Assembly: GCA_963718895.1 (NCBI GenBank)
Contig: CAVRAG010000004.1
Span: 192,001 to 256,000 of the forward strand
Length of the DNA stretch: 64,000 bases
Direction of reading: 5' to 3'
Source of the DNA: an uncultured Nitrososphaerota archaeon
Lineage (GTDB): Archaea; Thermoproteota; Nitrososphaeria; Nitrososphaerales; Gagatemarchaeaceae
A model generated the notes under the pieces. The model saw nothing but the letters and a program-made list of their open reading frames with translations. It ran no database searches and was not told the origin of the DNA. The position numbers and the translations under genes were made by a program. Below are positions 1 to 8,968 of the stretch, in pieces (position 1 is the first letter of the stretch; each line of letters starts with the position of its first letter).

Positions 1-130
1 TGCTGAGAGCATACTTAAGCGCCCACCCTTACCCAACGAAGACTTGACAGAGCCTCTGTTCCATCGCTTTAAATAGCTGAAAGGTCCTTTCCGCCAATAG
101 GGGCCGGGAATTCTGAAGATTGGATTAGGG

Positions 131-445
131 ATGGGCCTGCTCGTCTGCGTGTTGGTACCGGTGGCGCTCCTCCTGTTCGGGGTGGTTGATGATGAGCAGA
201 CGGCGGCCTTGGTTCTGCTCCTCGGCGGGATCTGGACTGTCGTCTTCGGCATAGCCATCGGCGGCAAGAAGGACAGGCTCTACAACGTGGGATTCGGAAT
301 CATAGTAGCGGTCTTCTCCTCCTTCATCGTTCTTCCTCTGCAGTACGTGGCCGGCCTCGTCGTGGTCTCGCTCGTCGCGATAGTCCTGGCCTCGATTGTC
401 GTCAGACCGAAGACCGGCCTCAAGAACACCCAGCAGACCGGCTAG
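131..445 (+). CDS. Small multi-pass membrane protein, hypothetical
   Basis: 104-aa ORF with about four hydrophobic segments; TATA-like TTTAAATA at 68-75 upstream. Confidence 0.7.
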   Translation: MGLLVCVLVPVALLLFGVVDDEQTAALVLLLGGIWTVVFGIAIGGKKDRLYNVGFGIIVAVFSSFIVLPLQYVAGLVVVSLVAIVLASIVVRPKTGLKNTQQTG

Positions 446-521
446 ATGCCTGTGAGGTTCACGACGGTCAACGGCGGGAGCGCGCCAAAACCAGAAATAA
501 TCCCCCATCAGAAGGAGAACC

Positions 522-740
522 ATGAAGACAAGCAAGACTGGTGTTTCTGTGACGATACCCGCGGACATCTGGCAATCCGTGACGGAGATTCGCTCTCAGC
601 TGGACGCATCCTGTCCGGGCGCGCCGACTCCGATTGAGGAAGCCATCCGTGAGATATCCCTACACTACAAGAGCTGCCCTAGAGCAGAGGCAGAGATGGA
701 CACTTTCTGCGAGAGGGCGAAGGCGTGGAAGAGAAAGTAG
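522..740 (+). CDS. Small hypothetical protein, possibly ribbon-helix-helix-like
   Basis: 72 aa; N-terminal alternating strand (GVSVTIP) followed by helices; fold call is inference. Confidence 0.5.
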   Translation: MKTSKTGVSVTIPADIWQSVTEIRSQLDASCPGAPTPIEEAIREISLHYKSCPRAEAEMDTFCERAKAWKRK

Positions 741-811
741 GAATCGAACCCCTCCCTGGCCCTAGAACGGAACATCCACGAGCCTTCGTGACAGCGGGCT
801 TGCTGGCCCCG

Positions 812-1126
812 CTAGCCCATGGAGTCGTACCGGGCCTGCTCGTCAAGTTTCTCGTTGAGCAGAGCCTGCTTGTCCAGAATCTCCTGGTTCAAAAGCTCGT
901 AGACGGCCAGGACCTCCTTGACGTCCTGGCTTACCTGATGGTCGCGGAGCTCCCGAGTGGTGGCCGGGGCCGCGCTTGAACCTAGGACGAATGATCCCCA
1001 TTCGAAGACCCCCCGCTTGTTCTTCTCGACCAGTTCGTCCCGCCTCTGTTCCAACTCCGCGATCTGCAATCTGAGCCTGTCGATCGCTTCTGTGCCCTTT
1101 GACCCAGACGCCCATGATTTGGTCAT
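812..1126 (-). CDS. Hypothetical coiled-coil protein
   Basis: 104-aa ORF with heptad-like segments. Confidence 0.55.
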   Translation of the reverse strand: MTKSWASGSKGTEAIDRLRLQIAELEQRRDELVEKNKRGVFEWGSFVLGSSAAPATTRELRDHQVSQDVKEVLAVYELLNQEILDKQALLNEKLDEQARYDSMG

Positions 1127-1223
1127 CTGGTAACCTCTGAGGCCTTCGCGAACTGAAGCCGGACGGAATCCAGAGCGCAGGATGGTTTGGTAGACAGAAC
1201 CTGTTTCGCAGTTTCCCGTCGGA

Positions 1224-1436
1224 TCATCGATATGAAGGTCCTCGATTGAGCTGGCTCTTCGGTCGGAACTCGAATCCGCACTTCAGGCAGGTGCGCATCC
1301 CCGGGGTATCATTCACGACCTGTCTTGTACCGCAGCGCGGGCACACCATCGTTTCATGCGCAGCGGGGACAGAGTCGCGGTGGGCGGAACGTACCTTGTC
1401 TATCGCATCCTTGTAGGCGTCTCTCTGGAACTTCAA
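1224..1436 (-). CDS. Small zinc-ribbon protein
   Basis: CPRCG...CLKCG pair of CxxC knuckles. Confidence 0.65.
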   Translation of the reverse strand: MKFQRDAYKDAIDKVRSAHRDSVPAAHETMVCPRCGTRQVVNDTPGMRTCLKCGFEFRPKSQLNRGPSYR

Positions 1437-1490
1437 GTTCAGCTCACCCTAGACTCTCAGGCATCTCACTATAAGGCTAGGCGTCCATCC

Positions 1491-1982
1491 CTATGACAGG
1501 TCCAGCGTCTTGACGAGGCGGGCGTGTTGTTCTTCAGTCACCCACTCGACCTTCAGGTACTCGATTATCTCCTTCATCTTCATTCCTATCCGCTTCGCCT
1601 CTTCCACAGTGAACTTGTACGCCGGGACTTCTATCGGGCTGTCGACGTACTCGAACTCGCTCTGAAACAAATTCTTCCCCTCCATGAACTGCTTCACGTG
1701 GAACAGTTCGTGGACTACATCGAGGTAGAGGACCTTCAGGTCGGCGTTCTTCAGGTGATTGGTGCTTATCAGCATGTGGCCGTCTTCGTCGCTTACGCTC
1801 ATATACCCAAAGCGCAGTGAGAAGAACTCTACCTTCAGATTCCTCAGAACCTCCGCTGTCTTTGCCCCGAACAGGGATTTCACGGCCGCGATTTTCTCAA
1901 AACCTACGAAGTAGTCCGTGAAAGGGAACAGCTTGACCTCCGCGCTGCGCCGAATCTCGACGCCCAGTCCTCGTGCTTTCAA
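1491..1982 (-). CDS. Zincin-like (HExxH) metallopeptidase-domain protein
   Basis: VVHELFHVKQ motif followed by downstream E..AY (PIEVPAY). Confidence 0.7.
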   Translation of the reverse strand: MKARGLGVEIRRSAEVKLFPFTDYFVGFEKIAAVKSLFGAKTAEVLRNLKVEFFSLRFGYMSVSDEDGHMLISTNHLKNADLKVLYLDVVHELFHVKQFMEGKNLFQSEFEYVDSPIEVPAYKFTVEEAKRIGMKMKEIIEYLKVEWVTEEQHARLVKTLDLS

Positions 1983-2061
1983 GCGTGTTCGGAGGGTTCT
2001 CCAGTCAAGATAAGTCTATTGGGCTGATGATCATCACTTTCCGTCAGGTTCGTGGAATTCG

Positions 2062-2532
2062 CTAGCCCAGCGAGACCATGATGAGGAGAACACCCAACAG
2101 CGTGAATCCAATGTTCAAGGCGATGTTGTCGTAGTTGAAGTGAGCTATTGCGATGCGCCTCTTCGACGCGTAGATCCCAGCCTCCGTCAGGCTATCGAGG
2201 AACAAGTGCTCTGCGGAGACGAGAGCTCCCATGAACGTCCAGAGAGCCAGAGGTTCCCAGGGCAGCCCGGAACCAGAGGCCCGCAACGCGGCGCCCAGTG
2301 AAATGGCCGCGACGAGGGCGCCCCAGACGGGTGCGGTAAGCACTGAGTGGGTCAACCGCGTCCTCGTCGGATTGCCCTTTCTGGAGACATGTCCGAGCAC
2401 GTCAATCAGGTAGTTGATAGACAGTGAGAGCCATAGTGCCATCACGATCGAACCAGACGTGAGCGCGTGGGAGAGCGAGAGAAGGCCGAACGATACTCCC
2501 GTGGAGAAGAGGTAGTGAGTGAGGGCTTTCAT
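2062..2532 (-). CDS. DUF1286-like membrane metal-dependent hydrolase
   Basis: MKALTHYLFS start, IDVLGH, RTRLTHS and HLFLDSLTEAG motifs. Confidence 0.75.
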   Translation of the reverse strand: MKALTHYLFSTGVSFGLLSLSHALTSGSIVMALWLSLSINYLIDVLGHVSRKGNPTRTRLTHSVLTAPVWGALVAAISLGAALRASGSGLPWEPLALWTFMGALVSAEHLFLDSLTEAGIYASKRRIAIAHFNYDNIALNIGFTLLGVLLIMVSLG

Positions 2533-2583
2533 TCGGCTCTAGACCAAGCGGCTGGTCCTATTGAGGGCCACCTAGAACTGTCT

Positions 2584-3849
2584 ATGGCTGCGGTACCCCG
2601 GGCCCTGAAAGCTGATTTACTGGCTTTTCCTCGCTCCCGTCTCCGGAAATTGAGGTCAAACTTTGCTGCTCTGCTATTCTCGACGTTCGTGGCCGACCTC
2701 GTGTCCCCCATATTCGCCCTCTACCTGCCCTTGTTCGCATTCCAGCTAGGAGCTGACGCCTTTGAAATCGGACTCGTAGGCGGCGTGGCCTGGGTCTCCT
2801 ACAGTTTCGCGCCGTATGTAATCGGCAGATACTCAGACAGAGTATCGAGACGAAAGTGGTTCATCGCGGTTTCGCTGGTAATGCTCTCTGTCTGCTCCTT
2901 CCTCTACGTGTTCGTCGAGTCGCCTCCCCAGCTGATCGCTCTTAGACTCTTCGAGGGGATAGCCTGGTCGATTCTGTGGCCCATCATCGACGTCTCGATC
3001 ACCGAAGATGTGTCCAGGGAGAGCAACAAGGCTCTGAGCATCTACAACACTGTGTGGTCGAGCGCCGGCGCTTTAGGCCCCCTCCTCGGCGGCTTGCTCA
3101 TACTCCTGTTCGCTGAAATCAGGTACATCTTCCTGATAACCGCGCTGATGATGGCAATAGCAGCGATCACCATGTTGTCCTTCTTCCACGAAGATCGGAA
3201 GGTCCCGCGTACCGAGAGCTCTTCCAGGAGAGAGATGCCCAGTTCGGAAGTCGATGTCAAGTCGAGTGGTGGTCACGCGTCTCTCTTCTGGGTATTCTTG
3301 ACGGCCATGATCTTGATATCATCCATCCGCGGGGTCCTTTTCACGTTCTATCCTCCCCTGGCCCAGTCGCAGGGAGTGTCGCTCGCATTCGTTTCCCTCA
3401 TAGGCTTCGTGTTCGGGGCGTCAAGGGTTGGAGTCTTCGCCCTATCCATGCGTGACGACATTAGAGGCTTCTTGCTGCAGGATGGAAACTCCAAGAAAAT
3501 AGTCATGGTTTCACTCGCTGTCTGCGCAATCGGAGGCGTTCTCCCCCTCATCGGAGACACGACTGGAGCGGTCGGCTTCCTGGCCTTCGGCACGGTTGCG
3601 TTCGCGGGCTCGTTCATCTTCACAGCGAGCCAAGCTCACTTCATCTCACGGGCGGAATCTCACAAGAAGGGCGCCGGTGCAGGCATCTTTGAGTCGAGCA
3701 TCGGGATTGGAGTGGCGCTAGGCCCGACAATTGCAGGCTTCGTCTCTGGTGGATCTCTCTCGCTTCCGTTCCTCGTAGCCCCCGTCGGGTTTCTAATCTC
3801 GCTGCCGATTTTCTTCGTCCTGTTCCGCCGCGAGCGCGGTCTCGGGTAG
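2584..3849 (+). CDS. MFS transporter
   Basis: About 12 TM segments and motif A (GRYSDRVSRR). Start moved downstream of the track ORF to avoid overlap with the divergent gene; exact start uncertain. Confidence 0.85.
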   Translation: MAAVPRALKADLLAFPRSRLRKLRSNFAALLFSTFVADLVSPIFALYLPLFAFQLGADAFEIGLVGGVAWVSYSFAPYVIGRYSDRVSRRKWFIAVSLVMLSVCSFLYVFVESPPQLIALRLFEGIAWSILWPIIDVSITEDVSRESNKALSIYNTVWSSAGALGPLLGGLLILLFAEIRYIFLITALMMAIAAITMLSFFHEDRKVPRTESSSRREMPSSEVDVKSSGGHASLFWVFLTAMILISSIRGVLFTFYPPLAQSQGVSLAFVSLIGFVFGASRVGVFALSMRDDIRGFLLQDGNSKKIVMVSLAVCAIGGVLPLIGDTTGAVGFLAFGTVAFAGSFIFTASQAHFISRAESHKKGAGAGIFESSIGIGVALGPTIAGFVSGGSLSLPFLVAPVGFLISLPIFFVLFRRERGLG

Positions 3850-3908
3850 ATCCGAGGCGCGCCGGAAGAATCGTAACCCCTCCGACAAGATGAGTAGGAT
3901 AGATGCTT

Positions 3909-5084
3909 CTAGGCTGAAGTTTCGAGCCCTGGGCGCGGGGGCTCAGTCGGCCAGACTGCCACCGGCCGGACGACCGGGATCTTGTCCTTCTCGGCCTGTG
4001 GCCTCGCCTGGAGCCCTGCGTTGGGATAGGTCTTCTGCATGATTCGGTTCTTCAGCTGGGTCATCCCGTCCCCGCGTACCGCAGAGATCTTCACGACCGA
4101 GAACTCGTTGAAGAGGGGGCTGGACTCTATCTGTCTTGCACTGCCATCCTTGAGGAGGTCTATCTTGTTGAGAACCAGGAGAATCTTGGTCGGGTCGACG
4201 CTGAGTTCGGCGAGAGTCTCCCGGCAGCTGTTGAGCTTTATCCTGACGCTCTCCTCGTTCTCGCTGACGTCCAGCATCAGCAGCACCAAGTCCGCATAGG
4301 TGAGTTCCTCGAGCGTAGACTTGAAGGACTCGATCATGTAGGTCGGGAGCCTCGAGACAAAGCCTACCGTGTCTGAGAGCATCACCCTCTTCCTCGCGTC
4401 TGAGAAGCTGACAGCCCTTGTGGTCGTGGTCAGGGTGGTGAAGAGGTTGGGCGACTCCTCCCTTGACTCGGAGGCGAGCTTATTGAAGACCGTCGTCTTT
4501 CCGCTGCTGGTATACCCAGCGAGCGAGACCAACGGCATCCCGAGCTTCTTCCTCTCGACCCTGTGGAGCGAGCGGCTCGACTGCGCCTTCGCTAGCTTCT
4601 CCTTGATTGCGACCATGCGGCGTTTGAGGGCTTTGAACTTCGTGTCCACGAGGGTCTCTCCCATACCCATGAAACCCGCCCTTTCGCCGTTGACGGAGTA
4701 GCGCACAGCATCCCTCGCGCGGGGCATCTCGTACCTGAGCTCCGCGAGCTGGACCTGGAGCTTGGCCTCGGTGGTCTTCGCCCTCTTCGCGAATATGTTG
4801 AGGACGAGCCTGTCTCGGTCGACTATCTCGACTCGCGTGACGGTGGCGAGTTTGTACGCCTGGGCCGACGTAAGGCTCTCATCGACGATCAGGGTGTTCG
4901 AGCCGTTCTGTCTCACAATCTCCCTCAGCTCTTCAGCCTTGCCAACTCCCACCCCGAACTCAGATTTCACCACCCTCTTCTGAGTGATAAGCGCCTGGAC
5001 AGAGTAACCAGCGGCGCTCGCCAGTTCTGCAATCTCTTGTTTCGCAAATTCGTCAGGGTAGGTGACGACCGTCGCCTTGTCCAT
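3909..5084 (-). CDS. hflX: GTPase HflX
   Basis: LNIFAKRA, EAKLQVQLAELRY, G1 GYTSSGKT, DTVGF and NKID motifs. Confidence 0.95.
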   Translation of the reverse strand: MDKATVVTYPDEFAKQEIAELASAAGYSVQALITQKRVVKSEFGVGVGKAEELREIVRQNGSNTLIVDESLTSAQAYKLATVTRVEIVDRDRLVLNIFAKRAKTTEAKLQVQLAELRYEMPRARDAVRYSVNGERAGFMGMGETLVDTKFKALKRRMVAIKEKLAKAQSSRSLHRVERKKLGMPLVSLAGYTSSGKTTVFNKLASESREESPNLFTTLTTTTRAVSFSDARKRVMLSDTVGFVSRLPTYMIESFKSTLEELTYADLVLLMLDVSENEESVRIKLNSCRETLAELSVDPTKILLVLNKIDLLKDGSARQIESSPLFNEFSVVKISAVRGDGMTQLKNRIMQKTYPNAGLQARPQAEKDKIPVVRPVAVWPTEPPRPGLETSA

Positions 5085-5228
5085 AAACGAACCCGAACCT
5101 CCCCCTATAAATGATAACCCTTTGTGGTCGTGTTATTCTCGCCCTACCTCGATCGCGGCATGTGGAGTGTGTAACAGCTCAGAAAACACTCGGATGATGC
5201 GAGGGAGGAAGGCTGGAGGAAGATTAGG

Positions 5229-5333
5229 GGCCGCGAGTGGGATTTGAACCCACGGTCTAGAGCTCCACAGGCTCCCATGCTAACCAAGTTGTGCCACCAC
5301 GATGCTCTCGTAGGTGACTGCACCACCGCGGCC
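5229..5333 (-). tRNA. tRNA-His(GUG) with encoded G-1 and a 29-nt D-loop intron (5289-5317, position 15/16)
   Basis: Removing the intron gives a cloverleaf: acceptor GCCGCGG/TCGCGGC, discriminator C, anticodon loop CTGTGGA, T-loop TTCAAAT. The intron junction forms a relaxed bulge-helix-bulge. Confidence 0.92.
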
Positions 5334-5416
5334 ACGAGTTCAAACGGTGGTCAGGGTCCTGTATTTAGGCTCTGGCGCTGGAGTCTGAATGGTCCGGCTG
5401 CTCTTCAGGAGGACTT

Positions 5417-5860
5417 CTAGTCTCGCGTGTAACAGAAGTACGGGAACCCCGCGTTGACCTTGTCGATGGCCCACTCGACAATCTTGTTGGAGATCTCCTT
5501 CCACTTCTTGTTCCAGTCTATGTTGGCCACGACCCTCTCCTTTTCGGTCTCGCTGCCCTTGACGGGCACCGACTCCCAGACCGGACGCCCGTAGAACGGC
5601 TTCACTATCCTGACGTGCCACCTCCCGCACGTAGTCTTTGATCCCTCCTTTGTGAAGTACTTGCAGGAGGCGCAGTATCTCGAGAGCCAGATTATCTCCT
5701 TGGTCCTCTTGACGGACTTGCCTATCTCTTCCAGAAGCCTCTCCGACTCGCGTCTGATCATCTGGGCGAGCTCTTCCTGGCCCTCTTTCGTGTTCATGTA
5801 GTACTCAGGGTCCCGGGCCAGGGCCTCCTGCCAGCCGAGAGGCTCGTCATCTCTCTGCAA
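5417..5860 (-). CDS. Hypothetical protein with CxxC-x10-C metal-binding motif
   Basis: CASCKYF...CGRW plus a C-terminal YFC. TTG start at 5860 chosen because an AT-rich TATA-like box lies about 30 nt upstream. Confidence 0.7.
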   Translation of the reverse strand: MQRDDEPLGWQEALARDPEYYMNTKEGQEELAQMIRRESERLLEEIGKSVKRTKEIIWLSRYCASCKYFTKEGSKTTCGRWHVRIVKPFYGRPVWESVPVKGSETEKERVVANIDWNKKWKEISNKIVEWAIDKVNAGFPYFCYTRD

Positions 5861-5975
5861 GTTTTTCTCTCTGTAATCCCAAGAACCGGTAATTAACGAT
5901 TGTCTGGCTCCGGATACAACGAAAGGCCCCGTCTCTCCCGATAAGTACAAGAGCGCTCCAAGATTCCCGAACATC

Positions 5976-6060
5976 GGACGCGCGGCGTGCTTCGACGGGC
6001 GATCTGGACTGACGCAAGTCAGGATGAAGACGAAACTGCCGCGCGTCCACTACTATTCTT
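5976..6060 (+). ncRNA. Candidate structured small RNA (terminal stem, K-turn-like motif, GNRA loop)
   Basis: 11-bp stem 5976-5986/6038-6048; hairpin CTGAC-GCAA-GTCAG; TATA-like GATAAGTA at 5940-5947; T-rich end. Confidence 0.5.
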
Positions 6061-6106
6061 GAAAAGGTCCTGAGTTCTTTGCGCGTTCGTGAGTATTCGA
6101 CTCTGC

Positions 6107-6706
6107 CTAAGCCGGATTCCCGCGTCCACTCAAAGACTTTAGCAGGCGCTGGCTCGTGGTCGTCCCGGCCCCCCTCCCAAGCATGCTCCGGAAGGCGGTC
6201 GCAGAATCCGTGCGCTTGAGGTTCACTCCCCTCACGCAGTCCCTCACGACGCTGACTCTGAAGCCCTCCTTCATGCCGTCTATCACCGTGTTCTTGACGC
6301 AATAGTCGGTGGCCAGGCCTGTCACATAGAGCTCCTCTACGCCCCTCCTCCTGAGGCGTGCGGCGAGGTCGGTCCCCTGGAACCCCGAGTACGCTTCGAC
6401 GTCTTTGCGGGTCGCCTTGCTGATGATAGCGGCCTCACGAGGCACATGAAGGGAGGGTGGGAACTGGGCACCCCGGGTGTCCCTTATCGCGTGCGGCGGC
6501 CACATTCCGCCGCGCGGTTTGAACGAGCGGTGGTCCTTCGGGTGCCAGTCTCGGGTGAACACGATGGGCAGACCCTCAGTCTGGAACCCGTCAATCAGCG
6601 CGTTTGTGGGTCCTATCACATCGTCCCCCTCCCGAACGGACAAAGCCCCACCCGAAAGGAAATCTCGCTGGAGGTCTACGACGATTAGCGCCGGCTTCGC
6701 CTTCAA
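6107..6706 (-). CDS. pncA: Nicotinamidase/pyrazinamidase
   Basis: VVDLQRDF, TRDWHP, WPPH, YSGF and GLATDYCV motifs; follows pncB. Confidence 0.93.
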   Translation of the reverse strand: MKAKPALIVVDLQRDFLSGGALSVREGDDVIGPTNALIDGFQTEGLPIVFTRDWHPKDHRSFKPRGGMWPPHAIRDTRGAQFPPSLHVPREAAIISKATRKDVEAYSGFQGTDLAARLRRRGVEELYVTGLATDYCVKNTVIDGMKEGFRVSVVRDCVRGVNLKRTDSATAFRSMLGRGAGTTTSQRLLKSLSGRGNPA

Positions 6707-6709
6707 GCT

Positions 6710-7930
6710 CTACATCCAGCCCAGCTCAGGCTCTGTTTCGCTGACCGCCCGTATGTCCCTCATCACCTGTGACCGGATGGTGGTTGTAGACCTGAATTCG
6801 GAGACTATCTTACCTTCGCGCATTATCTGCTTCAGAAGCGTGGCGGATCCCTTGGGAGGGGTGGTCCCTGCGAGGGCCACTGTGTCCTTGAACGCTTTCC
6901 TCCTGAAGACTTCCTTGCGTCCGCCCAAGCCCCCTCTCTTTGCTCTGAAGCTGCGGACCCCTTTGTCCTGCACTTCCACGATTTTCGCGCTGAAGTCGAT
7001 TACGGGCGGGTAGGCGACGGCGGTCCCGACTCCAAAGCCGTCGACTAGGTCCTGGAGCTGGACTAGGTTCTCTTCATTCAGCCTGCCTGACACGATTATC
7101 TTCACGTCCTTGCCTCCCCTTATGTTCAGTTCCCACCTCACCTCCTCGATGATCTTCCGAAGGTCTCCCCGGCGCGAGCTCGGGGTGTCGATCCTGACGC
7201 CCCAGAGGTTGCGGCCGAGGGTCTCGAACGCCTTGATGGCCTCCGATTTCTCGTCCCAGAAGGTGTCTATGAGCGCTATCCTCGGAATCTCCTTCGCGAT
7301 CGTCCTGTCGAAGAGCAGCCAGGCCTCTGCTTGGTCACCGATGACCTGGACGAGTGCGTGCGGCATCGTTCCGGCGGGCTCAAGCCCCAGAAGCTTCGCA
7401 CCCAGAACGTTCGAGACGCTGTCGAAGCCGCCGATGTAGCATCCTCGCTCGATCAGCGGTGCCAGAGCGGGGTGCGCCCGCCGGGTCCCGAAGCTGATTA
7501 GGGTCTTGTCGCCTGCGGCTGACCTGAAGCGAGCGGCCCTGGTGGAGATACTCGTCGAGGAGGAGATTAGACCCAACAGCGGGTTCTCGTACTCGACGAA
7601 GTCGCGGTATCTGCCGGTTATCGTCATGACCGGCTCGTAGAACGTGGTCTTCCCGTCTGCCAGGAAGATTGAGCCCTCATCGAATGACCAGACGTCGACG
7701 GGGACGCCTTCCAGGAGCTTGGCAACCTCGTAGACTCCAGTGAGCACCCCCCAGATCCCCGGATATGGAAGGTCTCTCGCGAAGACTTCCATCACGACCT
7801 TAGAATCGATATGATTCTTTGCCAGAACCTCCTTTGTGTTTATGAAGTATACATCGGTCGTGCTCGCGTCCTTTATTTCGTTCTCGTCAGCCATCCAGAA
7901 GAGACGATCTGCGAGGTCACGCTGCGTCAT
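6710..7930 (-). CDS. pncB: Nicotinate phosphoribosyltransferase
   Basis: TTDVYF, FGTRRAHP, GTMPHAL, LIDTF, GVRIDTP and GFGVGT motifs. Start placed at ATG 7930. Confidence 0.93.
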   Translation of the reverse strand: MTQRDLADRLFWMADENEIKDASTTDVYFINTKEVLAKNHIDSKVVMEVFARDLPYPGIWGVLTGVYEVAKLLEGVPVDVWSFDEGSIFLADGKTTFYEPVMTITGRYRDFVEYENPLLGLISSSTSISTRAARFRSAAGDKTLISFGTRRAHPALAPLIERGCYIGGFDSVSNVLGAKLLGLEPAGTMPHALVQVIGDQAEAWLLFDRTIAKEIPRIALIDTFWDEKSEAIKAFETLGRNLWGVRIDTPSSRRGDLRKIIEEVRWELNIRGGKDVKIIVSGRLNEENLVQLQDLVDGFGVGTAVAYPPVIDFSAKIVEVQDKGVRSFRAKRGGLGGRKEVFRRKAFKDTVALAGTTPPKGSATLLKQIMREGKIVSEFRSTTTIRSQVMRDIRAVSETEPELGWM

Positions 7931-7994
7931 TACTGATTCGGCCGGATTGTCCCACAGTAAAAGTATTTCACGATGAGGGACCGGGTTCACCGCA

Positions 7995-8768
7995 TTGCTA
8001 AGAGCCGCGCTGGACCTCTCCGAGGTCAAGAGGAAGATCACCTACTTCATCAAGAAGAAAGTCGAGGAATCTCAGACCGACGGTGTGCTGGTGGCGCTGG
8101 GTGGCGAGATAGATTCTGCCGTGACGGCATACCTGTGCGTGGAAGCGCTCGGGAGCAGAAGGGTGACGGGGCTGATAATGCCCGACCTGCGGACCGCCGC
8201 CGAGGGGGACATATCGGACGCCAAGCTCGTCGCGAATGAGCTCTGTCTTGAGACCAAACAGTTCGATATCGCTCCAATCCAGAAGTCGTTCATGAAGTCG
8301 CTCGAGAGCAACAAGGCGGCTGAAGAGAAACTCGGCGCAAGAATCAGAATGTCTCTGCTCTACTACCATGCAAACCTGCTCAATCGGCTCGTCGCCGGGA
8401 CCGCCGACAAGTCCGAGATTCTCCTGGGTCACTTCACGAAGTATGGGGACGGAGGCGCGGACATACTTCCCATCGGTGATCTCTACAAGACCGAGGTCAG
8501 GAAGCTCGGGGAAGTCCTAGGGATCAACAGACGGATGGTCGCGAAGAAGAGAAACGCGAACGCTTGGACTTCGCTTGAGAGAGCCGACATGGGTCTGGAC
8601 TATGATACCACGGACCAGATACTCAAGCTGAGAGTCGACCGGGGTCTCGATCCTGCGACCATATCCGCCATGATCAGAAGGAGCAGGGCGAAGGTCGAAG
8701 GCATCATCGAGAAATACGAGTCGTCAGTTCACAAGAGAGAAGTCCCCGAAATCTGCAGTATGAGCTGA
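7995..8768 (+). CDS. nadE: NAD+ synthetase (NadE)-family protein with degenerate catalytic motifs
   Basis: ARIRM, KSE, GHFTKYGDGGADILPIGDLYKTEV and HKR motifs are present, but the PP-loop reads GGEIDS instead of SGGxDS. Confidence 0.8.
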   Translation: MLRAALDLSEVKRKITYFIKKKVEESQTDGVLVALGGEIDSAVTAYLCVEALGSRRVTGLIMPDLRTAAEGDISDAKLVANELCLETKQFDIAPIQKSFMKSLESNKAAEEKLGARIRMSLLYYHANLLNRLVAGTADKSEILLGHFTKYGDGGADILPIGDLYKTEVRKLGEVLGINRRMVAKKRNANAWTSLERADMGLDYDTTDQILKLRVDRGLDPATISAMIRRSRAKVEGIIEKYESSVHKREVPEICSMS

Positions 8769-8780
8769 GCAAAGGAAGAG

Positions 8781-8822
8781 GTGGACCGGGGGAATACGCC
8801 GCATTGATGCTCCTCAAAACGA
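8781..8822 (-). repeat. Outer att-like copy of the tRNA-Ala 3' end
   Basis: GTGGACCGGGGG matches tRNA-Ala at 12689-12700; the next ~30 nt resemble the flank of the 10340 copy. Confidence 0.7.
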
Positions 8823-8968
8823 TTCCAGAATCATGAATCCATAGAGATTCTAATGCTCGGAGAAAACTATAAGTCAAGAACATAGGTTCCAGACAACGAT
8901 GTAGTACGACTCATCAGGGGACCGCAGCCGGAAGAACCGCCATACTGCTTTCCACTGTATCAGTCGTC

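Noticed and set aside
6009-6036. Hammerhead ribozyme (CTGA...GAAA)
   Set aside because: The core needs unpaired CUGANGA. Here it reads CTGACGC and is paired in a hairpin, with no three-stem junction.
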